Shown here piece after piece: positions 18,673 through 27,991 of a stretch of 64,000 nucleotides of DNA. Made by a program: the position numbers and the translations under genes. Each line of letters starts with the position of its first letter. The stretch's first letter is position 1. The notes below the pieces were generated by a model that was not told the origin of the DNA, did not search any database, and saw only the letters and a program-made list of their open reading frames with translations. This stretch comes from Thermoplasmata archaeon (GTDB taxonomy: Archaea; Thermoplasmatota; Thermoplasmata; Lutacidiplasmatales; UBA184), in the NCBI GenBank assembly GCA_052326305.1, contig JBKQPJ010000017.1, forward strand, positions 6,475-70,474, given 5' to 3'.

Positions 18673-19746
18673 TCACGCGCCGCCGTGCTGGGAGGGAGGC
18701 GACCGGGGGAAGCGGCCGGCGAACCCCGCGACGACCAAGAACACGGCCCCGATCCCGAGGAGGATCGCGGAGCCGGCGAGCACCCACGTCTCCACGATCG
18801 CGCTGCTCGGCGGACCGCCTCCCGTGGGCACCGGGACCCCGGCGTAGAGGTACCCGAACATCCCATTCTCGAAGTGGCCGGGGACGGTGCAGACGAACTC
18901 GTAGATCCCTTTCGCGGGGATCGAGAAGTTGGCCCAACCGCTCTTCCCGGCCTCCGAGGGGATCGTGGCGTTCGCGAGCGGAGGATGGTCCTTGAGCCAG
19001 CCCACCGTCGTGATGTTCAGGTCCGGTTGCGCCACGACCGTGAACGTGTGGGCGAGACCGCCGAGATTGGTGACCTTGATGATCACGTTCGCGGGGAACT
19101 GGGCGGGCTGGGCCGAGAGGGCCGCCGGCTGGAAGGAGAAGGAGTTCGTCGCGTTGTCGGAGAGGACGAGACCGGGCGAGCTCGACGAGATGTTCAGGAA
19201 GCCCCACATGCCGGCCTGGAACTGGTACGGGACCTGCGACACGAACTCGAAGGAGTCGAGGCTCGCGGTCTTCGCGATGGAGAAGTTCGCCCATCGTTCG
19301 TGACCCGCGGGGACCGAGACGTTCGCGATCGGCGGGTAGCTGGCGAACGATTCGTTCAGATCTGCCGGAGTCCAGGATCGGTTGAGCAGGACCCCGCTCT
19401 GGCTCGACAGGGTGAAACTATGCGGGAGGAGACCGGTGTTGTTGAGGTGCACCGACACGTTGTCGCCGGGCGCCGCGCTGATCGACCTCGGGTCGAACGC
19501 CGGCCCGTCCGTCAGGACCAGGTAGATCGTCTCGTTGGCCGCCGCCGGGTGGGCGTACCCGACGGACGGGGCGAAGGAGAGGAACGGCACGCCGCGGGCC
19601 CCTCCGACCGACGCGACGACGGCCAGCACGAGCCCGGCGGCGAGCCACGGGGACGCCCGACGCACACCTCCCGCCGATCGGCCCCACGGCGTGACCTTGA
19701 CCGCCTCCCGGGAGACTCTCGACCGCCGAACCGTTGATATCGGCAC
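18673..19746 (-). CDS. two-domain cupredoxin-family surface protein, C-terminally membrane-anchored, heavily N-glycosylation-sequon-rich
   Basis: The C-terminal domain has an intact type-1 Cu site (LAHTF ... CTVPGHFENGMFGY). The N-terminal domain is cupredoxin-like but lacks the Cys/His ligands. Eleven N-x-S/T sequons and a C-terminal TM helix. Confidence 0.75.
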   Translation of the reverse strand: MPISTVRRSRVSREAVKVTPWGRSAGGVRRASPWLAAGLVLAVVASVGGARGVPFLSFAPSVGYAHPAAANETIYLVLTDGPAFDPRSISAAPGDNVSVHLNNTGLLPHSFTLSSQSGVLLNRSWTPADLNESFASYPPIANVSVPAGHERWANFSIAKTASLDSFEFVSQVPYQFQAGMWGFLNISSSSPGLVLSDNATNSFSFQPAALSAQPAQFPANVIIKVTNLGGLAHTFTVVAQPDLNITTVGWLKDHPPLANATIPSEAGKSGWANFSIPAKGIYEFVCTVPGHFENGMFGYLYAGVPVPTGGGPPSSAIVETWVLAGSAILLGIGAVFLVVAGFAGRFPRSPPSQHGGA

Positions 19747-19770
19747 TGTACGAATCGCCCCTCCCTCCCT

Positions 19771-20808
19771 TTAGCGGACGGAGAGGGGCCGGTCGGCCGC
19801 GGACGGTTCCGCCGGGCGCGTGCGGACCGCGGGGCGGGCCGATCCCGTCGCGTCGGTCTGGCGTAACGGCGGGGTGGCGGCCGTCGGTCCGGAGTAGCAG
19901 CGGCGGACGAGGTAGCTCACCTCCCCGACCATGCCGACGGTCATGACCGCGCCGAAGAGTATCCGGGAGGCGTTCTGGCCCCCGTCGGCCACGAGCCCGA
20001 CGGCGGAAACGGCCATGGCCAGGAAGAGCCCGCTGAGCGCGATCAGGAATCGCAACTCGGACGGCGACGCCCGGTGCTGCAGGAGGACCCGGGCCACGAA
20101 CAGGAACAGGCCGACCATCACCGCCGCGGCGGCGAGCCCGCCGACGAGCGGAAAGGCGGTCACCCACGGGGCCGAGACGCTCGCGAGGGCGAGGGCGGCG
20201 GACCCGGATCGCTCGACGGAGGAGAGCGGCGCCCAGAGAAGGAGCGCGATCATCACCACGGCCATCGACCAGTAGAGCCAGATCGACGAGAGGCCGAGGG
20301 CGATCGCCGTCGGGATGGAGAGCGCCCCGCTGGCCCCGCCCACGGCGAACAGGAGCCCCATCAGCACCTCGGAGCCCGTCACCGCGACCCCGAGGGTGAG
20401 CGGCCAGGTCCAGCCCCGCGTGGAGATCGTGCGGTCCTCGAAGAGGATCTGGGAGACGAACCAGAACCCGGCCGGGAACATCATCATGAAGTTGAACGAG
20501 AGCAGCACCCAGGTCCATGCCTCCGTACCGTTCTGGTCGATGAAGACGAAGAGCAGCGAGAGGAGCAGAACGCTCCCTCCCGAGAGCACCGAGAGCGCGA
20601 GGACCAGCTGGGTGAGGAGCGGTGGGGCTCGTTGGCGGGGGAGGACCTTGATCAGGACGAAGACCGTGATCGCGATCATCGCGATGGCGATGACCGCGAA
20701 CGGCAGCAGGGCCGCGCTCACGCCGACGACCGGGAACGGGACCCGCATTCGCTGAGCCCGCCGAGCTCCGGCCGTTTGATATCGTGCCGGTACCGACCCG
20801 CCTCGCAC
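19771..20808 (-). CDS. polytopic membrane protein (7-8 TM), possible oxidase accessory subunit
   Basis: Highly hydrophobic and co-directional with, and directly upstream of, the cupredoxin gene. No diagnostic motif recognised. Confidence 0.55.
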   Translation of the reverse strand: MRGGSVPARYQTAGARRAQRMRVPFPVVGVSAALLPFAVIAIAMIAITVFVLIKVLPRQRAPPLLTQLVLALSVLSGGSVLLLSLLFVFIDQNGTEAWTWVLLSFNFMMMFPAGFWFVSQILFEDRTISTRGWTWPLTLGVAVTGSEVLMGLLFAVGGASGALSIPTAIALGLSSIWLYWSMAVVMIALLLWAPLSSVERSGSAALALASVSAPWVTAFPLVGGLAAAAVMVGLFLFVARVLLQHRASPSELRFLIALSGLFLAMAVSAVGLVADGGQNASRILFGAVMTVGMVGEVSYLVRRCYSGPTAATPPLRQTDATGSARPAVRTRPAEPSAADRPLSVR

Positions 20809-20873
20809 GGCGCCGAGGTGCGGCGCGACGCGCGCGGGACGTGGCTCGGTTCGCGGGGGAGCGGCGGCGGCCC

Positions 20874-22433
20874 TCAGGCGCCGTTCGGGCCGCGAAGGGG
20901 TTTGGCCATGTGGGGGCCCCGCGAAGAGTACCCCTGGCGCCGGTAGTAATCTCGCGTGCCGACGGCGCTCATGACATAGATCTCGTCAAAGCCTCGATCC
21001 CGCGCTTCCTCCTCCGCCGCGGCGAGCAACCTCCGGCCGAAGCCCCGGTGCTGGAAGTCGCCCGGCCCGAGCGCGGGAGCGCCGACGGCGAGCTCCGGGC
21101 CGAGGACCTTGAGCTCGCGGACCACCGGGGCCCGGAGGCCCTCTTCGGTCGTCCCCGACGGGAACCGGAGCCGGAGGAACCCGGCGATGCGATCGCTCTT
21201 CGTCTCCTCGAACGCGAGGAATCGCTCCTCGCCACCGCCGGCGTCGAAGCCCGTTCGGGTCAGGGCGAACTCCTCGGCCGCGGGGGTCGTACCGCGACCG
21301 ACCTCGCGGCAGCGGAGGCACCGGCAGTGAGCGCCGTCCCGCGCGAGCCGCTCCAGGGCGAGCTGGCGAAGGTTGCTCGCGCGAACTCCCGCGGCGATCA
21401 GGCGCGCGGGGATGTCCCTCTGGATCCGGTGGATCCGGACCCACGGCGGGAGCTCCCGCTTCATCGCGGCGAGCAGCTCCGCGGCCCGCTCGACGTCGTA
21501 CGGTTCGTAGCGTCCCGCGGCCCAGTCGTCGTGGAGCGGAGTTCCGGGGAGGACGAGCGTCGGGTAGATCTTGAGGAAGTCGGGGCGGAAAGCGGGCTCG
21601 GCCCACAGTCGACGGAAATCGGCGAGGTCGCTCGTCGGGTCCATGCCCGGCAGGCCGAGCATGAGATGATAGCCGACCTTGAGGCCCCGGTCCCGGGCCT
21701 CGCGGGTCGCCCTCGCCACGTCGCCGCTCGCGTGCGCCCGCCCGACCGCCGCCAGTACGTCGTCGTGGAGGCACTCGACCCCGATCTCGACCCGGGTCAC
21801 CCCGGCCGCCAGGAGGAACGGAAGGACCCGGCCGTCGCACCAATCCGGCCGGGTCTCGACCGTGAGGCCGACGACCCGGTGGGGCCCGGTCTCGTTGCGC
21901 TCCTGAGCCTGGACGAGGGAGGGGGCGGGGGCGCCGCCGTTCAGCCCGTCGTAGACGCCGCGGAAGACCTCCTCCTGGTAGGCGCGCGGGCGCGACGGGA
22001 AGGTGCCGCCCATGACGATCACCTCGACCTTGGAGGTCGGGTGCCCGATCTCCTCCAGCGTCTCGATCCGGTGGCGGGCGATCGCCCCGGCGTCCCAGCG
22101 GAACTGCGCCCCTCGGAGCGCGGACGGCTCCTCGCCGGTGTAGCTCTGGGGGCTGCCGTGGTCGACGCCGCCCGGACAGTAGGTGCACCGGCCGTGGGGG
22201 CACCGGGCGGGAGCGGTCATGACGGCGACGATCGCGACCCCGGAGAGCGTCCGGGACGGCTTGCGGAGGACGACGCCGGCGAAGCGGCCCCGGTCCTCGG
22301 CCGAGCGTCCGCGGACCCAGTCGACGTTCGACGGGAGCGGCCCCCCGGGGATCCGGTGGGCCTCGCGCAGCTTCTCCCGGTGGAGCTCCTCCGGCGTCGG
22401 AGGGGGGACTAGCGGCGAAGCCACGGGCGGCAC
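20874..22433 (-). CDS. elp3: Elp3-like tRNA uridine carboxymethyl synthase (radical SAM + GNAT)
   Basis: Radical SAM cluster CPHGRCTYCPGG and a C-terminal GNAT acetyltransferase domain. Confidence 0.9.
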   Translation of the reverse strand: MPPVASPLVPPPTPEELHREKLREAHRIPGGPLPSNVDWVRGRSAEDRGRFAGVVLRKPSRTLSGVAIVAVMTAPARCPHGRCTYCPGGVDHGSPQSYTGEEPSALRGAQFRWDAGAIARHRIETLEEIGHPTSKVEVIVMGGTFPSRPRAYQEEVFRGVYDGLNGGAPAPSLVQAQERNETGPHRVVGLTVETRPDWCDGRVLPFLLAAGVTRVEIGVECLHDDVLAAVGRAHASGDVARATREARDRGLKVGYHLMLGLPGMDPTSDLADFRRLWAEPAFRPDFLKIYPTLVLPGTPLHDDWAAGRYEPYDVERAAELLAAMKRELPPWVRIHRIQRDIPARLIAAGVRASNLRQLALERLARDGAHCRCLRCREVGRGTTPAAEEFALTRTGFDAGGGEERFLAFEETKSDRIAGFLRLRFPSGTTEEGLRAPVVRELKVLGPELAVGAPALGPGDFQHRGFGRRLLAAAEEEARDRGFDEIYVMSAVGTRDYYRRQGYSSRGPHMAKPLRGPNGA

Positions 22434-23554
22434 TCTCCGGTGAGCACGTAGGGCACCTTCTGGAGCTCCGCGATCGACCGGGCGCCCGTCAGGAACATCG
22501 CGACCTTCAGCTCGTGAACGAGGGTCTCGAGCTCCGCCCGGGTCTCCTCGAACCCCGTGGACGCGGCCCGCAGGAGGCCGCCGGCAATCCCGGCGGCCGT
22601 CGCCCCCAGCGCGACCGCCCGCGCGACATCGAGGCCGGAGCGGACCCCACCGCTCGCGACGACGGGCAGGCCGAGCGGGGCGACCTCGAGGACGGAGATC
22701 GGCGCCGGGATGCCCCAGTCCCAGAACGTCTTGCCGACGCGGGCCTCGCGCGCGGCGCCCCGGTCGATCGCGCGGTAGTACTCGACGGCCGCGAAGGAGG
22801 TGCCGCCCGTGCCGCTCACGTCGAACGCCCGCACGCCCCGGTCCCGGAGGGATTCGCCGACCGGCCGAGAGAGCCCGGCTCCGGTTTCCTTCACCAGCAC
22901 CGGGAACTGGTGGGCGAGCTCCCCGATCCGGTCGAGGCAGCCCTTCGCCCGCCGGTCCCCTTCGGGCTGGACCATCTCCTGAAGGAAGTTGAGGTGGATC
23001 GCGAGGACGTCGGCGTGGATGAGCTCCATCGCGCGGCGGACCTCTTCGGGCCCGACGACCGGATCGCCCGGCTTCTGCCCGATGAGCTGGGGGGCCCCGA
23101 TGTTCGCGAGCTTCAGCGGAACGGCATGCCGGGCGACGCAGGAGTAGCTTTCCGGGTACTGTCCCTTCACGACGGCGGCCCGCTCGCTCCCGACGCCCAT
23201 CGCGACGCCGACCTCGGCCGCCGCGCGCGCAAGGTGGTCGTTGATCTTCGCCGCATCGGGGAACCCGCCGGTCATTCCGGTGATCAGGATGGGCGCCCGA
23301 AGGGCGTGACCCAGGAGCGAGGTCGAGGTGTCAATCTCCTCGAAATCGACCTCGGGGAGCGCCCGGTGCACCAGCTGCACGTCGTTCCAGTAGCGGTACC
23401 TTCCTTCGACGTCCCGCCCGAGGACCACCTTGACGTGCTCGGCCTTGCGGTGGCTCAGGTCGAGCCCGTCGCGATCGGGCGACCTACCCGGGCCGCGCGT
23501 GCGCCCAGCTTCCGTAGACCGACTCCCCGCGAATCGCCCGCGCGATCGCTCCAT
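22409..23554 (-). CDS. fni: isopentenyl-diphosphate delta-isomerase type 2 (FMN-dependent)
   Basis: HRKAEHVKVVL N-terminal motif and a TIM-barrel FMN-binding pattern (GGTSFAAVE...). The exact start is uncertain. Confidence 0.9.
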   Translation of the reverse strand: MERSRGRFAGSRSTEAGRTRGPGRSPDRDGLDLSHRKAEHVKVVLGRDVEGRYRYWNDVQLVHRALPEVDFEEIDTSTSLLGHALRAPILITGMTGGFPDAAKINDHLARAAAEVGVAMGVGSERAAVVKGQYPESYSCVARHAVPLKLANIGAPQLIGQKPGDPVVGPEEVRRAMELIHADVLAIHLNFLQEMVQPEGDRRAKGCLDRIGELAHQFPVLVKETGAGLSRPVGESLRDRGVRAFDVSGTGGTSFAAVEYYRAIDRGAAREARVGKTFWDWGIPAPISVLEVAPLGLPVVASGGVRSGLDVARAVALGATAAGIAGGLLRAASTGFEETRAELETLVHELKVAMFLTGARSIAELQKVPYVLTGECRPWLRR

Positions 23555-24302
23555 CGGTCAAACCGCTAATAAGTACTGCGTCCACGCCGGCGCGGGCGAT
23601 CCGGCGCATCGACTCGGCCTTGCCCTGGATCCCGCCCGTCACGTCGGCCGAGCCTCCCGCCCGGGGGAGCGAGGCGGCCAGCGCGTCGGTGATCTCGGGG
23701 AGGACCTGACGGCGGCTCCCCCGGTTCTCCTCGAGGATCCCGGGAACGTCGGTCGCGAACACGACCCGTGAGGGTCGCAGCAGGGGCACGAGCGCCTCCG
23801 CGATCGTGTCGGCGCTGAGGACCGAGAAGCCCCATTCGTCGTCCGGCACGACGTCCCCGAAGGAGACCGGCGTCGCCCCGCGGGCGAGGGCCTCCTCGAT
23901 CGGGGTTGCATCGATGGCGACGAGCGAGCCGGCCCGGTTCCGGGCGTGGGTCGCCATCGGCGTGGAGAGGGGCGCGAGCCCCGCCCGAACGAGCTCCCGA
24001 AGGAGCGCGAGGTGGAGGCGCCGGACCTCGGCAGAGACGATCGCCGCCCCGCGGGTCCTCTCGGTCGGCTTCTCCCGAGGCAACGGGGGGCGCGCGAGGC
24101 CGAAGCGCTTCGCGCCGGGGTGACCGAACGATCCGGCTCCGTGGAGGAGGACAAGGGGCACGTCCCGAACGGTGGCGAGCTCGGCGGCGACCCGGGCGAT
24201 GACCTTCGGTCGAAGCTTCTCGACCTCACGCTTCCGGGTGACGAGGCTCCCTCCGAGCTTGAGCACGACGGGCCGCCGAGGGACCTCGGCCGTCGGGGGC
24301 AT
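23484..24302 (-). CDS. ipk: isopentenyl phosphate kinase
   Basis: Amino-acid-kinase fold VLKLGGSLVT ... LLHGAGSFGH. ATG verified at 24302. Confidence 0.85.
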   Translation of the reverse strand: MPPTAEVPRRPVVLKLGGSLVTRKREVEKLRPKVIARVAAELATVRDVPLVLLHGAGSFGHPGAKRFGLARPPLPREKPTERTRGAAIVSAEVRRLHLALLRELVRAGLAPLSTPMATHARNRAGSLVAIDATPIEEALARGATPVSFGDVVPDDEWGFSVLSADTIAEALVPLLRPSRVVFATDVPGILEENRGSRRQVLPEITDALAASLPRAGGSADVTGGIQGKAESMRRIARAGVDAVLISGLTDGAIARAIRGESVYGSWAHARPG

Positions 24303-24319
24303 CGTCGGCCGCCCTCGCC

Positions 24320-24571
24320 TTACGCGTGGTCCGGCCCGGTCGCGCGCGAGAAGAGGAGGAGAGCGCCGACGACGAGGGGGACCACGCTCGCGAGGAGCAC
24401 CCACTGGAAGGTGATCAGCCAGAACGTCATCCCCGTGAGCCCGATCCCCACGAGCGCGGCGGCCCCGACGACGAGCGGTATCGAGACGGTCCCTTCGGAG
24501 TGGCCGGCGTGCGCGTCCGAGGTCGCCGTGGAACCCGCCATCTCGGGCGAACGACTGCCGTTCCCCTTCAA
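24320..24571 (-). CDS. hypothetical 2-TM small protein
   Basis: Track ORF with two hydrophobic helices. Confidence 0.3.
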   Translation of the reverse strand: MKGNGSRSPEMAGSTATSDAHAGHSEGTVSIPLVVGAAALVGIGLTGMTFWLITFQWVLLASVVPLVVGALLLFSRATGPDHA

Positions 24572-24753
24572 ATCGGTTCGCTCGGGGTCCGGGAACGGAA
24601 TTTTCGGGCCCGGCTCGTATAATTCGCGGGTTCCGGCGGCTCCGTCGCTGGCGCGTTCCCAAAGATAGATATGCGCGCCCTACCTCGCACCCCCGCTCGA
24701 GGCCCGGGCAGGTCCGTACGTTGTCTCCTTCTCCCGAGGAAAGGCCGGCAGGG
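24572..24753. promoter_or_regulatory. candidate replication-origin/ORB-containing intergenic region upstream of cdc6
   Basis: Relatively AT-richer patches (GAATTTTCGG, GTATAATTCGCGG, AAAGATAGATATG) plus a repeated CGTTCCC motif in direct and inverted orientation, adjacent to orc1/cdc6. Confidence 0.3.
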
Positions 24754-26142
24754 ATGCCCCTCCCTTCCGAGACGCTGCAGGCGAACACCCCCGCGGCCAC
24801 GCCGGTCGGCGACCGCCGCACCGCCGTGGTCTCGGCGGCCCCATCCTCCGCCCCGTCGCCCCCCACGGCGAGCTCCGCGGCCGAGTTCCTTGACGAGATC
24901 CTCCAGAGCAAGAGCGAGTTGTTCCGCGGCAGCCGCGAGGTGCTGCGCGATTCCCACATCCCGAGCCGCCTGCCGCACCGCGAGGTCCAGATCCGTCAGG
25001 TCGCGGAGATTCTGGGGCCCGCCCTTCGGGGCGACCTCCCGTCGAATCTCCTCATCTACGGGAAGATCGGCACCGGCAAGACCGCCGTCGTCGCCCAGGT
25101 GCGCCAGGACATGCAACGGCGGGCCGACTCGGCCAAGGCCGTCTCGTTCGTCACCGTCAACTGCGGGAACATCGACACGGCGTATAGCCTCCTGCAAACG
25201 ATCGGCAACACCTACGCGCGGACGGAGGCCGAGCGGATCCCGACGGGGTGGTCGCTCGACCGGGTCCAGGCGGGGATGCGCCGCCTGATGGACACGGCCG
25301 GGGTCACCATCCTGCTCGTCCTGGACGAGATCGACCGCCTCGTGGCGCGTAGCGGCGACAGCGTCCTCTACACGCTGAGCCAGCTGAACACCGAGCTCGA
25401 GACCGCCCGGCTCGTGATCGTCGGGATCTCAAACGACCTCAAGTTCACGAACCACCTGGACGCGCGGGTCCGCAGCCGGCTGAACGAGGAGAAGATCCTC
25501 TTTCCGCCGTACGATGCGGTCCAGCTGCAGGACATCCTCCGCGAACGCGCCCGCGAGGCGTTCCGCGACGGGGTGATCGACCCGGGGGTCGTCGAGCGGT
25601 GCGCCGCGTACGCCGCGCTCGAGAACGGGGATGCCCGCCGGGCGCTCGCGCTCCTCCGGCTCGCCGCGGAGATGGCCGAGCGGGACCACGCGAAGCGGAT
25701 CACCCCCGACCACGTCGTAAAGGCCAAGAACCGCCTCGAACAGGACATCATCGTCGACTGCTGCCGGACGCTCCCGCCCCACTGCAAGGTGCTCCTCTAC
25801 GCGATCCTGCAATCGTACGAGCGCCGGCGCACCGGCGTCCTGACCGGAGAGGTCTACGACAGCTACCGCCGGCTCGCGGAGCGTCTCGGGTTGCAGCCGC
25901 TCCACGCGCGGTCGATTTCCAACTACGTCTCCGAGCTGGAGACCCTCGGCCTGATCCGGGCGACGATCGTCTCGCGGGGACGCGGCGGCCGCACCCGGGA
26001 GATCATCGTCGATGTCCCGATCTCCGAGACGATGCCCGCCCTCGAGGAGGATCCGCTCCTCGCCCCGGTCGGCCGACCCCGGACCCGCGGACAGATGCTG
26101 CTCACGAACTTCGACAACCCCGGCCGCACCGGCTCCTTCTAG
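24754..26142 (+). CDS. cdc6: Orc1/Cdc6 replication initiator
   Basis: AAA+ Walker A YGKIGTGKTAV, Walker B LVLDEID, sensor and a winged-helix C-terminus. ATG verified at 24754. Confidence 0.9.
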   Translation: MPLPSETLQANTPAATPVGDRRTAVVSAAPSSAPSPPTASSAAEFLDEILQSKSELFRGSREVLRDSHIPSRLPHREVQIRQVAEILGPALRGDLPSNLLIYGKIGTGKTAVVAQVRQDMQRRADSAKAVSFVTVNCGNIDTAYSLLQTIGNTYARTEAERIPTGWSLDRVQAGMRRLMDTAGVTILLVLDEIDRLVARSGDSVLYTLSQLNTELETARLVIVGISNDLKFTNHLDARVRSRLNEEKILFPPYDAVQLQDILRERAREAFRDGVIDPGVVERCAAYAALENGDARRALALLRLAAEMAERDHAKRITPDHVVKAKNRLEQDIIVDCCRTLPPHCKVLLYAILQSYERRRTGVLTGEVYDSYRRLAERLGLQPLHARSISNYVSELETLGLIRATIVSRGRGGRTREIIVDVPISETMPALEEDPLLAPVGRPRTRGQMLLTNFDNPGRTGSF

Positions 26143-26168
26143 CGCCGCGGGCCGGCGGGGCGCCCGGG

Positions 26169-26384
26169 TCACGCCACGATCTCGGCGGTCGACGCCGTTT
26201 CGACATCGACCGCCGATTCGGCCCGCCGCCGCGCGCGTTCCCGGTGCAGCTCCCGAAGGTCGCGGTCGAGCTCCCGCATCTCGGCGGCCGCGCGGCGCAG
26301 CCGGAGGCGGGCGATCCGCTCGACCTGGGCGATCTCCCGTTCGAGCTGCTCGTCCGTGCCGCGAAACGCGCCCATGTCCGTCAC
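26169..26384 (-). CDS. hypothetical small helical/coiled-coil protein
   Basis: 71-aa R/E-rich helical ORF with a GTG start overlapping the ALDH stop. Confidence 0.3.
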   Translation of the reverse strand: MTDMGAFRGTDEQLEREIAQVERIARLRLRRAAAEMRELDRDLRELHRERARRRAESAVDVETASTAEIVA

Positions 26385-27859
26385 CCTTCGACGATCTGGG
26401 CCTTCTGCAGCTTCGACGAGAAATCGACGAAGACCGTCTTGATCTCGGTGAACTCCTCGATCGCCACGCTGCCGGCCTCGCGGCCGCCGTTGCCGGTGTT
26501 CTTGACGCCGCCGAACGGCAGCTGGACCTCCGCCCCGATCGTCGGGGCGTTGACGTACGTGATCCCGGCCTCGAGGTCGGAGATCGCGCGGAACGCCCGG
26601 CCCACGTCCCGGGTGTAGATGGACGAGGAAAGGCCGTAGTCGACGTCGTTCGCGACCCGCACCGCGTCGGCGTAGTCCGCGACCTTGAGGACGGAGAGGA
26701 CCGGCCCGAAGATCTCCTCCTTGGAGATGCGCGTCCCGTGCTTCGTCTCAAAGACCGTCGGCGCGATGAAGAAGCCGCGGTCGTAGGCGCCCCCGGTCAG
26801 CTTCTGGCCGCCCCGGCGAAGCTTGGCCTCCTTGCGGCCGATCGCGATATACTCGAGGATCTTGCGCTCCTGGTCCGCGGAGGCGACCGGGCCCATCCCC
26901 GTCTTCGGGTCGAGGGGGTCGCCGACCGAGAACCGGTCGAGGCGGGCGTCGAGCATCCCGAGGAACTCGTCGTACACCTTATCGTGGAGGATGAGGCGGC
27001 TCGTCGCGGTGCACCGCTGGCCCGACGTCCCGAAGGCGCCGAAGAGGATCCCCTCGAGGGCCAGGGGCAGGTCGGCGTCGTCCATCACGATCTGCGGGTT
27101 CTTGCCCCCGAGCTCGAGGTGGACCATCTTGAGGCCCTGCGCGCCGCGCACGTAGACGTCCCGGCCCGCGTCGACTCCCCCCGTGAACGAGACCGTCCGG
27201 ACGCGCGGGTCGCCGACGAGCGCGTTCCCGACGACCGAGCCCGCGCCGGTCACGTAGTTGAGGACCCCCGGGGGGACCCCGGCCTCCTCGTAGACCCGGA
27301 CGACCTCGGCGGCGCACCGCGCGGTGGCCGACGCCGGCTTGAAGACGATCGTGTTGCCCGTGACGAGCGCCGCGGCGATCTTCCAGTTCGGGATCGCCGT
27401 TGGGAAGTTCCACGGAGTGATGCAGGCGACGACCCCCTTGGGCTGGCGGATGGTCATGCAGAACTTCGAGCGCAGTTCCGACGGGACCGTCTCGCCGGCG
27501 AGACGGCGACCTTCGCCGGCCATGTACTCCACGAAGTCGATCGACTCCTGCACGTCGCCGAGGCCTTCCCCGATCACCTTGCCCATCTCGGTGGTCACGA
27601 TCCGGCCGAGCTCGGCCTTCCGCTCGCCCATCCGGCGCGCGGCCCGCAGCAGGATCTCTCCGCGCTTCGGCGCGGGGGTCTCCTTCCAGCCCGGGAATGC
27701 CTTGGCGGCGGAGGCGACGGCGCGGTCGACGTCGGCCACCGTCCCGGAGACGAACGAGCCGACCGGCTCGCGGGTCGCGGGGTTGATCGTCTCGAATCGT
27801 TTTGCCTTCGGCGGCGACTCCCACTGGCCATTGATGAAGAGCCCGTATTCCTGCGTCAT
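26381..27859 (-). CDS. NAD(P)-dependent aldehyde dehydrogenase
   Basis: ALDH glutamate and cysteine active-site motifs (LELGGKNP; [10 protein letters not shown]). ATG verified at 27859. Confidence 0.9.
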   Translation of the reverse strand: MTQEYGLFINGQWESPPKAKRFETINPATREPVGSFVSGTVADVDRAVASAAKAFPGWKETPAPKRGEILLRAARRMGERKAELGRIVTTEMGKVIGEGLGDVQESIDFVEYMAGEGRRLAGETVPSELRSKFCMTIRQPKGVVACITPWNFPTAIPNWKIAAALVTGNTIVFKPASATARCAAEVVRVYEEAGVPPGVLNYVTGAGSVVGNALVGDPRVRTVSFTGGVDAGRDVYVRGAQGLKMVHLELGGKNPQIVMDDADLPLALEGILFGAFGTSGQRCTATSRLILHDKVYDEFLGMLDARLDRFSVGDPLDPKTGMGPVASADQERKILEYIAIGRKEAKLRRGGQKLTGGAYDRGFFIAPTVFETKHGTRISKEEIFGPVLSVLKVADYADAVRVANDVDYGLSSSIYTRDVGRAFRAISDLEAGITYVNAPTIGAEVQLPFGGVKNTGNGGREAGSVAIEEFTEIKTVFVDFSSKLQKAQIVEG

Positions 27860-27991
27860 GGAGACTCCGGGGGATGCCGGCCGGCCGAATCCCCCCCGAG
27901 GGTACATAGGCGTTTGCGGGCCCCGGCGGCCACCCCCCCGCCGCTATTCCCGCACGGCAAGCTCTTTCGGACGGACCGGCTGGGGGGGACG

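Noticed and set aside
20986-22203. 405-aa minus-strand ORF inside elp3
   Set aside because: Alternative frame of the Elp3 gene with R/P/G-rich nonsense translation.
26012-27990. N-terminal 660 codons of the 1091-aa plus-strand ORF ending at serS
   Set aside because: Antisense to the aldehyde dehydrogenase and low complexity; only the portion from the TTG at 27992 matches seryl-tRNA synthetase.
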